Positions 9,465 to 19,407 of a DNA stretch of 60,184 nucleotides are shown here, in pieces. Numbering within the stretch: the stretch's first letter is position 1; each line of letters begins with the position of its first letter. Source of the DNA: Bacteroidales bacterium (GTDB lineage Bacteria; Bacteroidota; Bacteroidia; Bacteroidales; VadinHA17); contig JAHYJA010000001.1 of NCBI GenBank assembly GCA_019429325.1, positions 1-60,184 of the forward strand, written 5' to 3'. The notes beneath the pieces were generated by a model. That model was not told where the DNA came from. It saw nothing but the letters and a program-made list of their open reading frames with translations, and did no database searches. Made by a program: the position numbers and the translations under genes.

Positions 9465-10118
9465 TTAATATGTCTGCAGGGAGATCTTGAACTGGCCGGT
9501 AGCGTTCCGGGCGCTGATCTTAAATGTCCATTCACCGGTTTTGTCCTTGTTCTCCTCTTCGGTGATATTGAAGGATTTTCTCCAGTTAAGGTTCCCGAAT
9601 TCATCAATAACGATATCAGAATAGCTCTTGCCTCCCGGCATAATAATACTGACCCTGATCTCGCCCGATTTACAGTCGCCGTTAACCGACATAACCACGG
9701 TGCGGGCTGTTTTCTCCACATCGAAGGAATAGCTCTTTGTAAATGATGCCCCCTTGACCGACCTGAAGAAGTCCCATGTGGTTCTTTCCGAATCGCCCCC
9801 GAAAGGTGCTCCGTGAATAAATTCGCCCCCGGGTGTGAAGATGAACGGTTCGCCGTAACTGAAAGATCTGCCGGAACCCCTGTAGGTACGCATCATCTCA
9901 TTTATTTTCTCCGTAGCTTTCTCAATATTTACTTCGGCTTCCTTCATAGCTTTCTCCTGGGCTTTCTCCTGGGCCTTCTTCTGTGACTCTAACTCCTTCA
10001 GGTCTCTGAGCTCCTTTTCTTTCTCACCAACGCTCCTCTCCTGGGCGGTGGCGGATTGAACGGCAATCACTGCTGTGATCAGGGTGATTGCTGCTAACAT
10101 AAATACTTTCTTTTTCAT
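9465..10118 (-). CDS. Secreted hypothetical protein (N-terminal coiled coil, C-terminal beta-rich domain)
   Basis: Signal peptide MKKKVFMLAAITLITAVIAVQSATAQ, a Lys/Glu-rich heptad-like segment with KAQEKAQEKA, and no recognisable catalytic motif. It is divergent from the HK/RR operon. Confidence 0.6.
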   Translation of the reverse strand: MKKKVFMLAAITLITAVIAVQSATAQERSVGEKEKELRDLKELESQKKAQEKAQEKAMKEAEVNIEKATEKINEMMRTYRGSGRSFSYGEPFIFTPGGEFIHGAPFGGDSERTTWDFFRSVKGASFTKSYSFDVEKTARTVVMSVNGDCKSGEIRVSIIMPGGKSYSDIVIDEFGNLNWRKSFNITEEENKDKTGEWTFKISARNATGQFKISLQTY

Positions 10119-10144
10119 GACTGCCTGTTTTTTAATTCCTTATC

Positions 10145-10152
10145 CAAAGATA
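10145..10152 (-). promoter_or_regulatory. Bacteroidota -7 promoter box (CAAAnnTA on the + strand)
   Basis: CAAAGATA lies 27 nt upstream of the minus-strand start at 10118. Confidence 0.45.
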
Positions 10153-10158
10153 GTGCCC

Positions 10159-10220
10159 TTTATGCAGGAATATTGTTAATGCAGGGTTAATGCAAGGTTA
10201 ATGTTCAGCTCAATGCTCAG
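10159..10220. promoter_or_regulatory. Phased direct repeats (WATGCWSG core, 11-12 bp period); candidate response-regulator binding array
   Basis: tatgcagg(10161), gttaatgcagg(10175), gttaatgcaag(10186), gttaatgttcag(10197) and ctcaatgctcag(10209) sit between two divergent -7 boxes. Confidence 0.45.
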
Positions 10221-10238
10221 ATATAAGATTAAAATGAA

Positions 10239-10246
10239 TAATTTTG
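10239..10246 (+). promoter_or_regulatory. Bacteroidota -7 promoter box (TAnnTTTG)
   Basis: TAATTTTG lies 20 nt upstream of the ATG at 10266. Confidence 0.45.
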
Positions 10247-10265
10247 AGAATGTAAATCTTCACGG

Positions 10266-11717
10266 ATGAAAAAAAGAAATACAGCCCAGCTTCTTGGGAT
10301 CTTTTCGATCGTAATACTTATTCTGGTACAGATATTTATTATCAGGGGTGTTTGGAAACAAAAGGATGAGATGTTCAATCTCAGGTACCGGATGCTTTCC
10401 CAGGAAGCACTGACGGCCATGAGCAGGCGCTGGAACACGGATGGTTTTGATACTGCGCGTTATATTCTTAGTGAGTTCTCCCGTCAGATCGTCAGGGAGG
10501 TCGCTGCAATAAGCAATGATTCGGTGCTGAATGAAAAAAAGAAGGATATTCTGGAGTTCGTTACAGATGTCCTTAATGAAGAGCAGTTCCTGTCGTACTT
10601 CCTGTCGGGTTACTTTGAGAGACAGGGCTTTGAGAAGGATTTCAACCACAAGATCATCGTTAATTACTTTGAACTCATTGATTTTGACACCCGGATACCG
10701 ATCTACGTAAGTGAGGAGTATGCCAGCAGAAGACCCTTGAGAACCGCCAGGCCGGAGTCCGGACAGGTACAGGGACCGGGGTCAGGGCCCGGATCAGGAG
10801 CCCCTCCGCCAGGTATGGGCCGCAGACAGACCTCAGAGATCCTGGTAAGGGACGATCGTTCGGAGGACAATAATTACAGGCTTGATTTTGAATACTATAT
10901 TGATTTCTCCGACAAACAGAAGGTTATCCTGAAGGAGACATCAGCATCCCTTGTATTAAGCATACTCAGCATCCTGGTTGTGGCAACCCTTTTCCTGATT
11001 ACATACCGTAACCTGATGGAAGAGAAGAGATTGTCAGACCTCAAGACCGATTTTATCAATAATATGACCCATGAGCTGAAAACCCCGCTCTCCACAATCA
11101 CTGTGGCTGGCAGGACACTTGAAATGGAAAAGATCAGGAGCGACGATTCAAAGATCCTCGAAACGGCAAAACTGATCGGGAAGCAAAGCGTGCATCTTAA
11201 CCAGCTCATAAACATGATACTCGAGATCAGCATGTGGGAAAGGACACAGTTCGAGCTCGATAAAAGAAAAATCCCGGTTGAGGAGCTTATGAACGATATT
11301 GTCGGGAGCTTTAAAACAGGCAGCGGCAGCAGCGTATCGCTCATGGAGAAATATCATCTTGAAGGGGTGAAGGCTGACCTTGATATAGTGTATTTCACAA
11401 CCCTTATCAACAACCTTCTCTCGAATGCTGTCAAATATTCAGATAAAGATCCTGTTATCGAAATTGAGGGCTTTAAGGAGAATAACAGCATCATGATCAG
11501 GGTAGCCGATAACGGGATAGGAATAAGCAAAAACGACCAGAAACACGTGTTTGACAAGTTTTACAGGGCGTCTTCAGGGAATGTCCATAAGTATAAAGGC
11601 CTCGGGCTTGGCCTCTACTACGTAAAAAGGATTGCCGAAGCCCACGGAGGAGATGTTTCCGTCGCCAGTAAACCGGGAAAAGGCAGTATATTTACAGTAA
11701 CAATACCTTACGAATAA
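10266..11717 (+). CDS. Sensor histidine kinase
   Basis: N-terminal TM helix, second TM helix (LVLSILSILVVATLFLITY), H-box MTHELKTPLSTI, N-box LLSNAVKY, G1 DNGIGI and G2 GLGLGL. There is a Gly/Pro low-complexity linker (GPGSGPGSGAPPPG). Confidence 0.9.
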   Translation: MKKRNTAQLLGIFSIVILILVQIFIIRGVWKQKDEMFNLRYRMLSQEALTAMSRRWNTDGFDTARYILSEFSRQIVREVAAISNDSVLNEKKKDILEFVTDVLNEEQFLSYFLSGYFERQGFEKDFNHKIIVNYFELIDFDTRIPIYVSEEYASRRPLRTARPESGQVQGPGSGPGSGAPPPGMGRRQTSEILVRDDRSEDNNYRLDFEYYIDFSDKQKVILKETSASLVLSILSILVVATLFLITYRNLMEEKRLSDLKTDFINNMTHELKTPLSTITVAGRTLEMEKIRSDDSKILETAKLIGKQSVHLNQLINMILEISMWERTQFELDKRKIPVEELMNDIVGSFKTGSGSSVSLMEKYHLEGVKADLDIVYFTTLINNLLSNAVKYSDKDPVIEIEGFKENNSIMIRVADNGIGISKNDQKHVFDKFYRASSGNVHKYKGLGLGLYYVKRIAEAHGGDVSVASKPGKGSIFTVTIPYE

Positions 11718-11729
11718 ATCAGAGCAGTT

Positions 11730-12431
11730 ATGAAAGTACTATTGGCAGAAGACGACAGGGATTTTGGGAATATCCTTTCGCAATATATAAGCATAAGCGG
11801 CTTCGAAGTTATCCTGGCGCGTGACGGGAAAGAAGCATGGGAACAGTTTGAAAAGAACAGGCCCGATCTGTGTGTCCTGGATGTTATGATGCCTGAAATG
11901 GATGGCTTTACGCTGGGTGAAAAAATCAAGGATGCTTCACCCGGAGTGCCGGTCATATTTCTTACTGCAAAAAGCCTGAAGGAAGATATTGTGCGCGGGC
12001 TGAAGATCGGCGCTGATGACTACATCACCAAACCCTTTGATCCCGAAGTGCTTATACTTAGGATCAACAATATACTGAAACGCGCCTATTCCGCTTCGAA
12101 CGATGAGTTCCGGATCTCGTCGACAGTTCTTAAGTTCAACACGCTCGAACTGATCAGCGGAAGCAGGAAAGAGAAGCTCACCCTGAAAGAGGCCCTGCTG
12201 CTGAAATATTTTATAGTGAACAGGAATAAAATTCTTGCCAGGGAAGATATCCTGACTGAAATATGGGGTGAGGATGACTATTTCCTGGGAAGGAGCATGG
12301 ATGTGTTCATCTCGAGATTAAGGAAATACATCTCCGACGACAAGCATATTGATATACGTACCGTCAGGGGCACCGGTTTTATCCTTGAAGAGATCCAGAA
12401 GGGAGAAGAGTTCAAAAATGAAGAACTCTGA
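11730..12431 (+). CDS. OmpR/PhoB-family response regulator (REC + winged-helix)
   Basis: REC residues EDD...DVMMPEMDG...LTAK...K, and a C-terminal Trans_reg_C-like segment LTLKEALLLKYF...RSMDVFISRLRKYI...IRTVRGTGF. Confidence 0.9.
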   Translation: MKVLLAEDDRDFGNILSQYISISGFEVILARDGKEAWEQFEKNRPDLCVLDVMMPEMDGFTLGEKIKDASPGVPVIFLTAKSLKEDIVRGLKIGADDYITKPFDPEVLILRINNILKRAYSASNDEFRISSTVLKFNTLELISGSRKEKLTLKEALLLKYFIVNRNKILAREDILTEIWGEDDYFLGRSMDVFISRLRKYISDDKHIDIRTVRGTGFILEEIQKGEEFKNEEL

Positions 12432-12441
12432 TAATTTCCGC

Positions 12442-13545
12442 CTATCTGCTGCCCAGAACCTCGTTCACCTTATTGTAAAGAGCCTCTCCTCTCAGGTTAC
12501 GTGCTATGATCATCCCGTTTTCGTCGAGCAGGAAGCTTGCAGGGATCGCGTTCACCGCGTAGGCTTTTGCTGCTGAATTGTTCCAGTACTGAAGGTCCGA
12601 GACATGCGTCCATGTCAGATTGTCGTCGGCAATGGCCTTCACCCAGTCCTCCTTTGTCCTGTCGAGTGAAACGCCGAAAACGTCAAATCCTTTCTTATTG
12701 AACTCTTTATAAACCTTTACAACATTGGGGTTCTCCTGGCGGCACGGACCGCACCAGGCTGCCCAGAAATCGAGCAGGAGAAGCCCCGAACCGACTCTGG
12801 AATAGAGTGTCACCGGATTTCCATTCACATCATCCATTGTAAAATCAGGAGCTTTCTTTCCGACAGAGACAGCCTTCATCATCTCCGTTCTCTCCAGAAG
12901 GCTTATGACTGCCGGGGTAGCGGCAACACCCGGGTCCATGGCTTTTATCATCGCTTCGATCTCCTCTGCTTCCATCTCGTAGCTAAGGCCCTGAAGAAGG
13001 GAAGGAGCGAAATACGATGAAGGATTGTTCCTGATAAATTCCTTCTGAAGGTTATTCATCTCTGCCTGAATCTCCTCAGCCTGTTTTTCAAGCTCTGCCA
13101 CCCTGGCCAGGTCCTTGTTCTGAATCGCGATCTGATATTCATTGTAAAGATTTGAATACCTCTCGCTTAACGGTTTGTTTGACTCAAGAAAGGAGACATA
13201 TTCATCATGTGTCCCGGAGCCGGTAATCTTTGCATCAGGCAGTGAGTCGAGAGTACCCGTAATGGTAATCTCCGAATTTTCAAGATAGAAGGAGGCCCGT
13301 GTTCTGGTCTCTTTGGCAACAAGCATGACCATCTGCGGGAACTCGACCGCGCCGCCCTTCATTTTAAAGGACCCCTTGCGGGCCACGGCTGAATCAATGT
13401 TCACCATCATACCTTCGTCTCTCTTCTGAAGGTAGAATGTTACACTGTCCGCACCCTCCAGATTGCCCTTAATCACATAACGGGGCTCGGAAGAACAACC
13501 AGCGATCAGTATCACTGCAAATGACAACAGGATTAATTTTTTCAT
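12442..13545 (-). CDS. TlpA-like thiol:disulfide oxidoreductase lipoprotein (thioredoxin fold with N-terminal extension)
   Basis: Lipobox LIAGCSS and thioredoxin motif WAAWCGPCRQE in the C-terminal ~150 aa. Confidence 0.8.
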   Translation of the reverse strand: MKKLILLSFAVILIAGCSSEPRYVIKGNLEGADSVTFYLQKRDEGMMVNIDSAVARKGSFKMKGGAVEFPQMVMLVAKETRTRASFYLENSEITITGTLDSLPDAKITGSGTHDEYVSFLESNKPLSERYSNLYNEYQIAIQNKDLARVAELEKQAEEIQAEMNNLQKEFIRNNPSSYFAPSLLQGLSYEMEAEEIEAMIKAMDPGVAATPAVISLLERTEMMKAVSVGKKAPDFTMDDVNGNPVTLYSRVGSGLLLLDFWAAWCGPCRQENPNVVKVYKEFNKKGFDVFGVSLDRTKEDWVKAIADDNLTWTHVSDLQYWNNSAAKAYAVNAIPASFLLDENGMIIARNLRGEALYNKVNEVLGSR

Positions 13546-13589
13546 AATGATGATAATTGGATTTTGCTAAGCTTGAATATTTTGTGACG

Positions 13590-13597
13590 CAAAGATA
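13590..13597 (-). promoter_or_regulatory. Bacteroidota -7 promoter box
   Basis: CAAAGATA lies 45 nt upstream of the start at 13545. Confidence 0.4.
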
Positions 13598-13607
13598 TTA
13601 ATTATTG

Positions 13608-14669
13608 TCAGCCGTGCATCCTTTTATTGTATTTATCAATTAATCTGAGTGCAGCGTTATACGAGGTTACAGAACTGTTAAACAGTTGTTTCTCCATTTC
13701 CGGCAGCAGGAGCCGCACTTCACTGTTATTATAGAACGATTTGCTTAAATATTCGGTGATGGTGTCATGCATCCTTTCGACGGCCTGATGCTTTCTCCTT
13801 TCCTCAAGGTAACCGGTTTTTGTGGTAAACTCAATATAGTCCCTGATATTTTTCCATATTTCGCTTATTCCCCTGTTTTCGTGAGATGAACAGGTAAGCA
13901 CTTCCGGTCTCCGGCCCGACCCGGGTGGGGGAAACATCGCGATTGCGTTCCTGAACATACCTTGTGTCCTTTCGACAGCCGTTATATTCTGTCCGTCGGC
14001 TTTTGTAATAACAATGGCATCAGCCATTTCCATTATACCCCTCTTTATTCCCTGCAGTTCATCGCCGGCTCCCGCAAGCATGAGCAGAAGGAAAAAGTCG
14101 ACCATCGTGTGGATGGCTGTTTCTGACTGTCCCACGCCGACTGTCTCCACCAGTATTGTATCAAAACCTGCAGCTTCGCAAAGTATAATCGTTTCCCTGG
14201 TTTTACGGGCGACGCCTCCCAGGGTCCCGGCTGAAGGTGAAGGCCTTATAAATGCATGAGGGTGCACGCTAAGCCTTTCCATCCTGGTTTTATCTCCAAG
14301 AATACTGCCCCTGGTCCTTCCGCTGCTGGGATCGATCGTCAGCACAGCGAGGCGTCTTCCCTCTTCAAGGACAACCATTCCGAAGGCATCTATGAAAGTG
14401 CTCTTACCGGCCCCCGGAACACCCGTGATACCTATCCTTACCGACAGGGCACTGTGTGGCAGGCACTTGCCGATAATCTCCTGTGCAATATCATAATGCT
14501 CAGGCAACAGACTCTCGGTCAAGGTTATAGCCTGACTGAGAATGGTCCTGTTACCCGACAGGATGCCATCGACAAACTCATCGGCAGAATAGATCTTTCG
14601 TTTAGCCCTTTTCCTGCTCTTAAGTATCTCAGGATTAATATTGGGCGTAGGTGGCACACCCTCAGTCAC
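13608..14669 (-). CDS. meaB: Methylmalonyl-CoA mutase-associated G3E GTPase (MeaB/ArgK)
   Basis: P-loop GVPGAGKST, ETVGVGQSE switch motif and NKAD-like TKADG. 353 aa. Confidence 0.85.
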   Translation of the reverse strand: MTEGVPPTPNINPEILKSRKRAKRKIYSADEFVDGILSGNRTILSQAITLTESLLPEHYDIAQEIIGKCLPHSALSVRIGITGVPGAGKSTFIDAFGMVVLEEGRRLAVLTIDPSSGRTRGSILGDKTRMERLSVHPHAFIRPSPSAGTLGGVARKTRETIILCEAAGFDTILVETVGVGQSETAIHTMVDFFLLLMLAGAGDELQGIKRGIMEMADAIVITKADGQNITAVERTQGMFRNAIAMFPPPGSGRRPEVLTCSSHENRGISEIWKNIRDYIEFTTKTGYLEERRKHQAVERMHDTITEYLSKSFYNNSEVRLLLPEMEKQLFNSSVTSYNAALRLIDKYNKRMHG

Positions 14670-14701
14670 CTTAAGGGCGCTTTTATTTTCTTTTTTCGGG
14701 T

Positions 14702-15793
14702 TTATTGTGCCTGAGTTTTGGGAACAACGTTTGCAGTAAGCATCAGTACCACTTCGCTGTTTTTGGGATCGTTCGTGTAAACATATATGGCTTTGGTGGT
14801 CTTCCCTTTATAACTGCCCGAATTAAAAACTGCCTTGATAGAGCCAGTCTCGCCTGCCTTTATCGGGGCGTCTTTCACTCCCTGCTGTACTGCAGTACAA
14901 CCGCAGGTCGACCTGATATGCCTGATCTCCAGATCGTTTTTCCCGGTATTGGTGAATTTGAATTCAAACTCTTTTGAAGTTGCATCAGCCATCGTACCCA
15001 GATCGACGGTCTTGGACTCTACGTTGAAGACCGGTGCGTTGGCGAGGTCGTCCTTTGAGAGCTTTGAGAAATCCTCTACGAGGTTTGCTGACACGTAGTA
15101 ATAGATTTTCGGGTCAACAGTGCCGTTTACCTTTACCTTAATCAGATCGCTGACATTTCCCCATCCGTTGTTTTTGGTTGCATCGTAAGTGCCCTCAATA
15201 ATCCCCTTCTGCCCTGGCTTCAGGGTCTCGGGATTGGCTTTCAGCGAGAGATGGGCAGGTACATTATCGAACTCAATCTTTGCAGGGGCATCCGAGGTGT
15301 TAACCACCTGCATCACCCTGATCTTCTTCTCATTCTTTTTAATACTTGTAAAAGCGAGATGATTGCTTTCGAATCTTACTCCTGCGACAGGGAATGTAAA
15401 CAGTTCCTCCATCGTCTTTTCCCTTGGAACTACCTCCCCCTTTATCGTGAGCACTGCCACCTGTGGCTTTGAGTTTGTATAGACCGAAAGGGTCTTGTTA
15501 AAAGCGCCGGGCCGGTTTGCAGGGTCATAAATGGCAGTTATCTTACCCTTCCCGCCGGGAGGGATCGGCGACTTGGTCCACTCAGGCGTTGTGCACCCGC
15601 ACGATGCAACAATATTCTGAATAACCAGAGGTGTATCACCGGTGTTTGTGACCGTGAAATCATAAGTCTGCCTGCCTGCCTCCTCCTTGAATGTTCCGAA
15701 ATTATGATCATTTGATGAAAGTTGCATCCTTGGCTGTCCCCAGGCTGTAATAGCAAAAGATGTGATCAACAAAATAAATAATGCTCTTCTCAT
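14702..15793 (-). CDS. DUF1573 repeat protein (secreted)
   Basis: Signal peptide MRRALFILLITSFAITAWGQ. DUF1573 hallmarks are repeated, with CGC motifs (ASCGCTTPEW, STCGCTAVQQ) in Ig-like ~110-aa modules. The ORF-track start at 15868 is probably too long. Confidence 0.7.
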   Translation of the reverse strand: MRRALFILLITSFAITAWGQPRMQLSSNDHNFGTFKEEAGRQTYDFTVTNTGDTPLVIQNIVASCGCTTPEWTKSPIPPGGKGKITAIYDPANRPGAFNKTLSVYTNSKPQVAVLTIKGEVVPREKTMEELFTFPVAGVRFESNHLAFTSIKKNEKKIRVMQVVNTSDAPAKIEFDNVPAHLSLKANPETLKPGQKGIIEGTYDATKNNGWGNVSDLIKVKVNGTVDPKIYYYVSANLVEDFSKLSKDDLANAPVFNVESKTVDLGTMADATSKEFEFKFTNTGKNDLEIRHIRSTCGCTAVQQGVKDAPIKAGETGSIKAVFNSGSYKGKTTKAIYVYTNDPKNSEVVLMLTANVVPKTQAQ

Positions 15794-15912
15794 ATCAGAT
15801 AATTTTAAGATTAACCTATTGTCACGTTTCTGAGTTAAACGGTTGCTAAACGATAAAAGTTGCATCAATAACTACAAAAATCAGACCAAAAGCGTTTATC
15901 TTCATCAGGATA

Positions 15913-15920
15913 CAAATTTA
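15913..15920 (-). promoter_or_regulatory. Bacteroidota -7 promoter box
   Basis: CAAATTTA lies upstream of the DUF1573 gene. Confidence 0.35.
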
Positions 15921-15962
15921 ATAAAGTTTGTCATTTTTTGCGAAATATAAATGATAAAATTT

Positions 15963-15970
15963 TAGCTTTG
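15963..15970 (+). promoter_or_regulatory. Bacteroidota -7 promoter box
   Basis: TAGCTTTG lies 72 nt upstream of the ATG at 16042. Confidence 0.35.
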
Positions 15971-16041
15971 CTCCCTGACATTAATTGTTTGGAACAGAAT
16001 TTGCTGATCAATCTCCGGCCTGTCTCTTGAAGGAATATTTG

Positions 16042-19000
16042 ATGAAGATTACCAATAAACTGATTATCATAACTATAGGCTGCATTCTTTCTCTTGATGC
16101 AGGTGCTCAGTTTTATAATGGACATCAGATGCCATTTGGCAAGAACAAAGTCCAGTATTATGATTACTACTGGTCGTTCTACAGATTTGATGACTTTGAC
16201 TGTTATTTTAATGAGTTTGGCCGTGACCTTGCACAATTTACAGCTGATTTCGCGACCAGGAAGATAAACGAGATCGAGGAGTATTTTGACTACACTCTTG
16301 AGAAGAGGCTGATCTTCATTATTTACAACAAGCAGGGCGAGTTCAGGCAGTCCAACATCGGACTGATTACCTTCGATGAGGATACTTACAATACCGGGGG
16401 CTTCAGCAGGATCATCAAGAATAAGGTTATGCTCTATTTCGAGGGTGATCATGTGGCATTTCAGAAACAGATATCTGCATCGATTGCGGAAGTGGTGGTC
16501 AATGAGATGCTTTACAGCGCTGACCTTAAAGACCGTATAGCCAGCTCATCAGTCATAAACATGCCCGACTGGTACCTGAAGGGGCTGATCAACTATGTCG
16601 GGTTCGGCTGGGATTTCAATGTTGAGAACAGGGTCAAGGATGGACTCAGCACCGGGAAATACAATAAGATTAACCACCTCGAATACAATGATGCCATATA
16701 TGCAGGGCAGTCATTCTGGAGATTCCTTGGAAGGGAATACGGGGATGCAATTATTCCCAATATCATATATATCACCAAGATCTACAAGAATATCGATGAC
16801 GGATTCCTGTACGTGACCGGTAAGAAGCTGAAAGAGCTCCTTGAGGAGTGGCGCGGGTATTACAGCGAAGAGTATGCTGACGACAGGAAAAGGCCAGGGG
16901 ATGATGGCAACATTATCCGAAAATCGAGGAGGGAACAGATATTCCAGCAGATTAAGGCCAGCCCTGATGGCGGCCATATTGCCTATGTCTCCAACGACTG
17001 GGGCAGAAAAAGGATCTGGCTTTATGATCAGACTACCGGCAAACAGAAAGTCATCTTCAGGGCTGAACCCAGATTTGAACAGAAAACAGATAATACCTAC
17101 CCTGTCCTTGCCTGGCATCCCACCGGAAGGATCCTTACATATATCAACGAAGAGAAAGCCGGACTGGTAATGTATTTCTACAGGACTCAGGAGGGAACAA
17201 CTGAAGAGAGAAATCTGCTCTATTTTGACAAGATCCTGGATTTTTCTTATTCCCCTGACGGGACAAAACTTGTTTTTTCTGCCGTAAAAGACGGTTTTTC
17301 AGATATTTACATTCACACGATCGCTTCCGGAACAAATGACCAGATAACAAGGGACGTTGCTGACGACCTGAATCCTTCTTTCCTGAGGGAATCACCCGGA
17401 GAAATAATTTTTTCATCGAACCGGCTATCCGATACTCTCACCAATACAGGCAGTCCTTTTGAAAGGCTCTCTCTTACCTATGACCTCTTCCTGTACGACA
17501 CCGAGGGCAGAAGCAATATCCTGACAAGGCTGACCGAAGACATGTTTTCGAGCAGGTACCAGCCTTCAGGTGTAGCAAAAGGCAGATTCTCCTATGTCGG
17601 CGACCAGAACGGGGTCCTCAACAGGTTCGTCGCCTCCTACGACAGTACGATAAGCTACATAGATACTATTACACATTTCAGGTATTTTATCAACTCCGTA
17701 CCTGTCACCAATTACGACCGCAACATTATTGATCAGTCCGTTGTGAGCGGTTCAGATACATACGGCGAAATTCTATTCAATCAGGGTAAATATCAGGTCA
17801 GAAAAGGGTCATTAAGAGAAGCCCAGCGTGTTCCGGAAAACGAGATCAACATTTCCAGGTTCAGGGAAGAGAGGAACGAGTATCTCCACAAAGCCGACAG
17901 TATAGATCAGATAAGGCAATGGCTGATCGCTGAGGACAAAAAGAGAAGGGATACACTCACCAAGCCTTTTTATGAATACTTTCTGACAGACGAACCCATT
18001 GATATCAATCATTATATCTTCGAAAAGGAAAAACAGAACTATTACGATCAGCTGTGGCGGCAGGATTATATGGATATTGATCTCGATACGGGTACTCTGA
18101 AACTGCCCCTCATAAGGATCTACGAAACGTCCTTCTACAACAACTATATAGCTAATCAGATCGATTTCACATTCCTGAATAATTCTTACCAGGTGTTCAC
18201 CGGGGGTGCCCCATACTTTAATCCCGGTACAAATCTACTGACCCGGTTCGGGATAATTGACCTGTTCGAAGATTACAGACTGACAGCAGGATTCAGGTTC
18301 TCAATGAATTTCGACAGCAATGAATATCTTCTCAGTGCCGAGAGCCTGAAAGGAAAGTTCGACAAACAGCTTATATACCACCGGCAGGCCTTTTTCAGTT
18401 CCGACGGCTACGATTATTTCAAGTCCCATACCCACAATATTCAGCTATCCTACTCATATCCCTTTACCCCTGTTCTTGCCCTGAAAGGGACGCTTGGCTA
18501 CAGGTACGACAGGCATGTCTATCTTGCGACCGACATGATGTCGCTGATGAGCGATAATATCTCAAGACATTGGGCCAGCCTTAAAGGTGAGGTGATATAT
18601 GACAATACCCGCAAGAGGGCTGTAAATATTTATTTCGGGACAAGGTTTAAAGTATTCGGCGAGTATTACCGCAAGATCGCGGAGAGCAAGTCCGACATGA
18701 TCGTTCTTGGCATCGATTTCAGGCACTATACAAGGATACACCGCGAGCTGATCTGGGCTAACCGTTTCGCCGCCAGCACCTCGTACGGTCCGACCAAGCT
18801 GGTGTATTATCTTGGAGGGGTTGACAACTGGATGGGATACCTTTTCAGCAACCGCATTCCCATGTTTGACTATTCAATTTCGGTAAGCCAGTCTGAGAAC
18901 TATGGCTTTCAGGCGCTTGCAACAAACATGAGGGGATTTAGCCAGAACATACGCAACGGAAGCAGTTTCGCCCTGATCAACAGTGAGATAAGATGGCCTT

Positions 19001-19320
19001 TCGTAAGATATTTTGCAGGTCATCCCCTGAAGTCAAACTTCCTGAACAGCCTTCAGGTTGTCGGATTCGGAGATATAGGCACGGCATGGGCCGGAAGGAG
19101 TCCCTGGTCAGGGGAGAACGCCTACGATACTGAAGTGATAAGAAGCGGGCCCGTGGTTGTTACGCTCGATTCGAACAGGAACCCTATTGTGGCAGGGTTC
19201 GGAGCCGGACTGAGAGCTCAGCTTTTCGGCTATTTCATCAGGGCCGACTGGGCTTGGGGAATCGAGGACAATTACCTGCTGCCCAGAATATTCTACCTTT
19301 CCTTCAGCCTCGATTTCTAG
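16042..19320 (+). CDS. Large outer-membrane protein: N-terminal domain + TolB/PD40-like beta-propeller repeats + C-terminal Omp85/surface-antigen-like barrel
   Basis: Signal peptide MKITNKLIIITIGCILSLDAGAQ. PD40-like repeats are present (SPDGGHIAYVSND, WHPTGRILTY, YSPDGTKLVFSAVKDGFSDIYIH, NPSF..IIFSSNR). The C-terminus carries Omp85-type motifs (LGGVDNW, MRGF, GDIGTAW, GAGLRAQLFGYFIRADWAW) and ends in SLDF. Confidence 0.5.
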   Translation: MKITNKLIIITIGCILSLDAGAQFYNGHQMPFGKNKVQYYDYYWSFYRFDDFDCYFNEFGRDLAQFTADFATRKINEIEEYFDYTLEKRLIFIIYNKQGEFRQSNIGLITFDEDTYNTGGFSRIIKNKVMLYFEGDHVAFQKQISASIAEVVVNEMLYSADLKDRIASSSVINMPDWYLKGLINYVGFGWDFNVENRVKDGLSTGKYNKINHLEYNDAIYAGQSFWRFLGREYGDAIIPNIIYITKIYKNIDDGFLYVTGKKLKELLEEWRGYYSEEYADDRKRPGDDGNIIRKSRREQIFQQIKASPDGGHIAYVSNDWGRKRIWLYDQTTGKQKVIFRAEPRFEQKTDNTYPVLAWHPTGRILTYINEEKAGLVMYFYRTQEGTTEERNLLYFDKILDFSYSPDGTKLVFSAVKDGFSDIYIHTIASGTNDQITRDVADDLNPSFLRESPGEIIFSSNRLSDTLTNTGSPFERLSLTYDLFLYDTEGRSNILTRLTEDMFSSRYQPSGVAKGRFSYVGDQNGVLNRFVASYDSTISYIDTITHFRYFINSVPVTNYDRNIIDQSVVSGSDTYGEILFNQGKYQVRKGSLREAQRVPENEINISRFREERNEYLHKADSIDQIRQWLIAEDKKRRDTLTKPFYEYFLTDEPIDINHYIFEKEKQNYYDQLWRQDYMDIDLDTGTLKLPLIRIYETSFYNNYIANQIDFTFLNNSYQVFTGGAPYFNPGTNLLTRFGIIDLFEDYRLTAGFRFSMNFDSNEYLLSAESLKGKFDKQLIYHRQAFFSSDGYDYFKSHTHNIQLSYSYPFTPVLALKGTLGYRYDRHVYLATDMMSLMSDNISRHWASLKGEVIYDNTRKRAVNIYFGTRFKVFGEYYRKIAESKSDMIVLGIDFRHYTRIHRELIWANRFAASTSYGPTKLVYYLGGVDNWMGYLFSNRIPMFDYSISVSQSENYGFQALATNMRGFSQNIRNGSSFALINSEIRWPFVRYFAGHPLKSNFLNSLQVVGFGDIGTAWAGRSPWSGENAYDTEVIRSGPVVVTLDSNRNPIVAGFGAGLRAQLFGYFIRADWAWGIEDNYLLPRIFYLSFSLDF

Positions 19321-19407
19321 AGTTGCCGCACCAGTCATCCAGATTACAGGCTCACACGAAAAATTCATATAATGATAAAGATCCTTTTTCATTTAGAAAA
19401 ATTAGGA

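Noticed and set aside
10738-10812. GPGSGPGSGAPPPG low-complexity stretch inside the histidine kinase.
   Set aside because: It is in frame and located in the predicted periplasmic/linker region. It looks like an ordinary flexible linker rather than an inserted repeat element.
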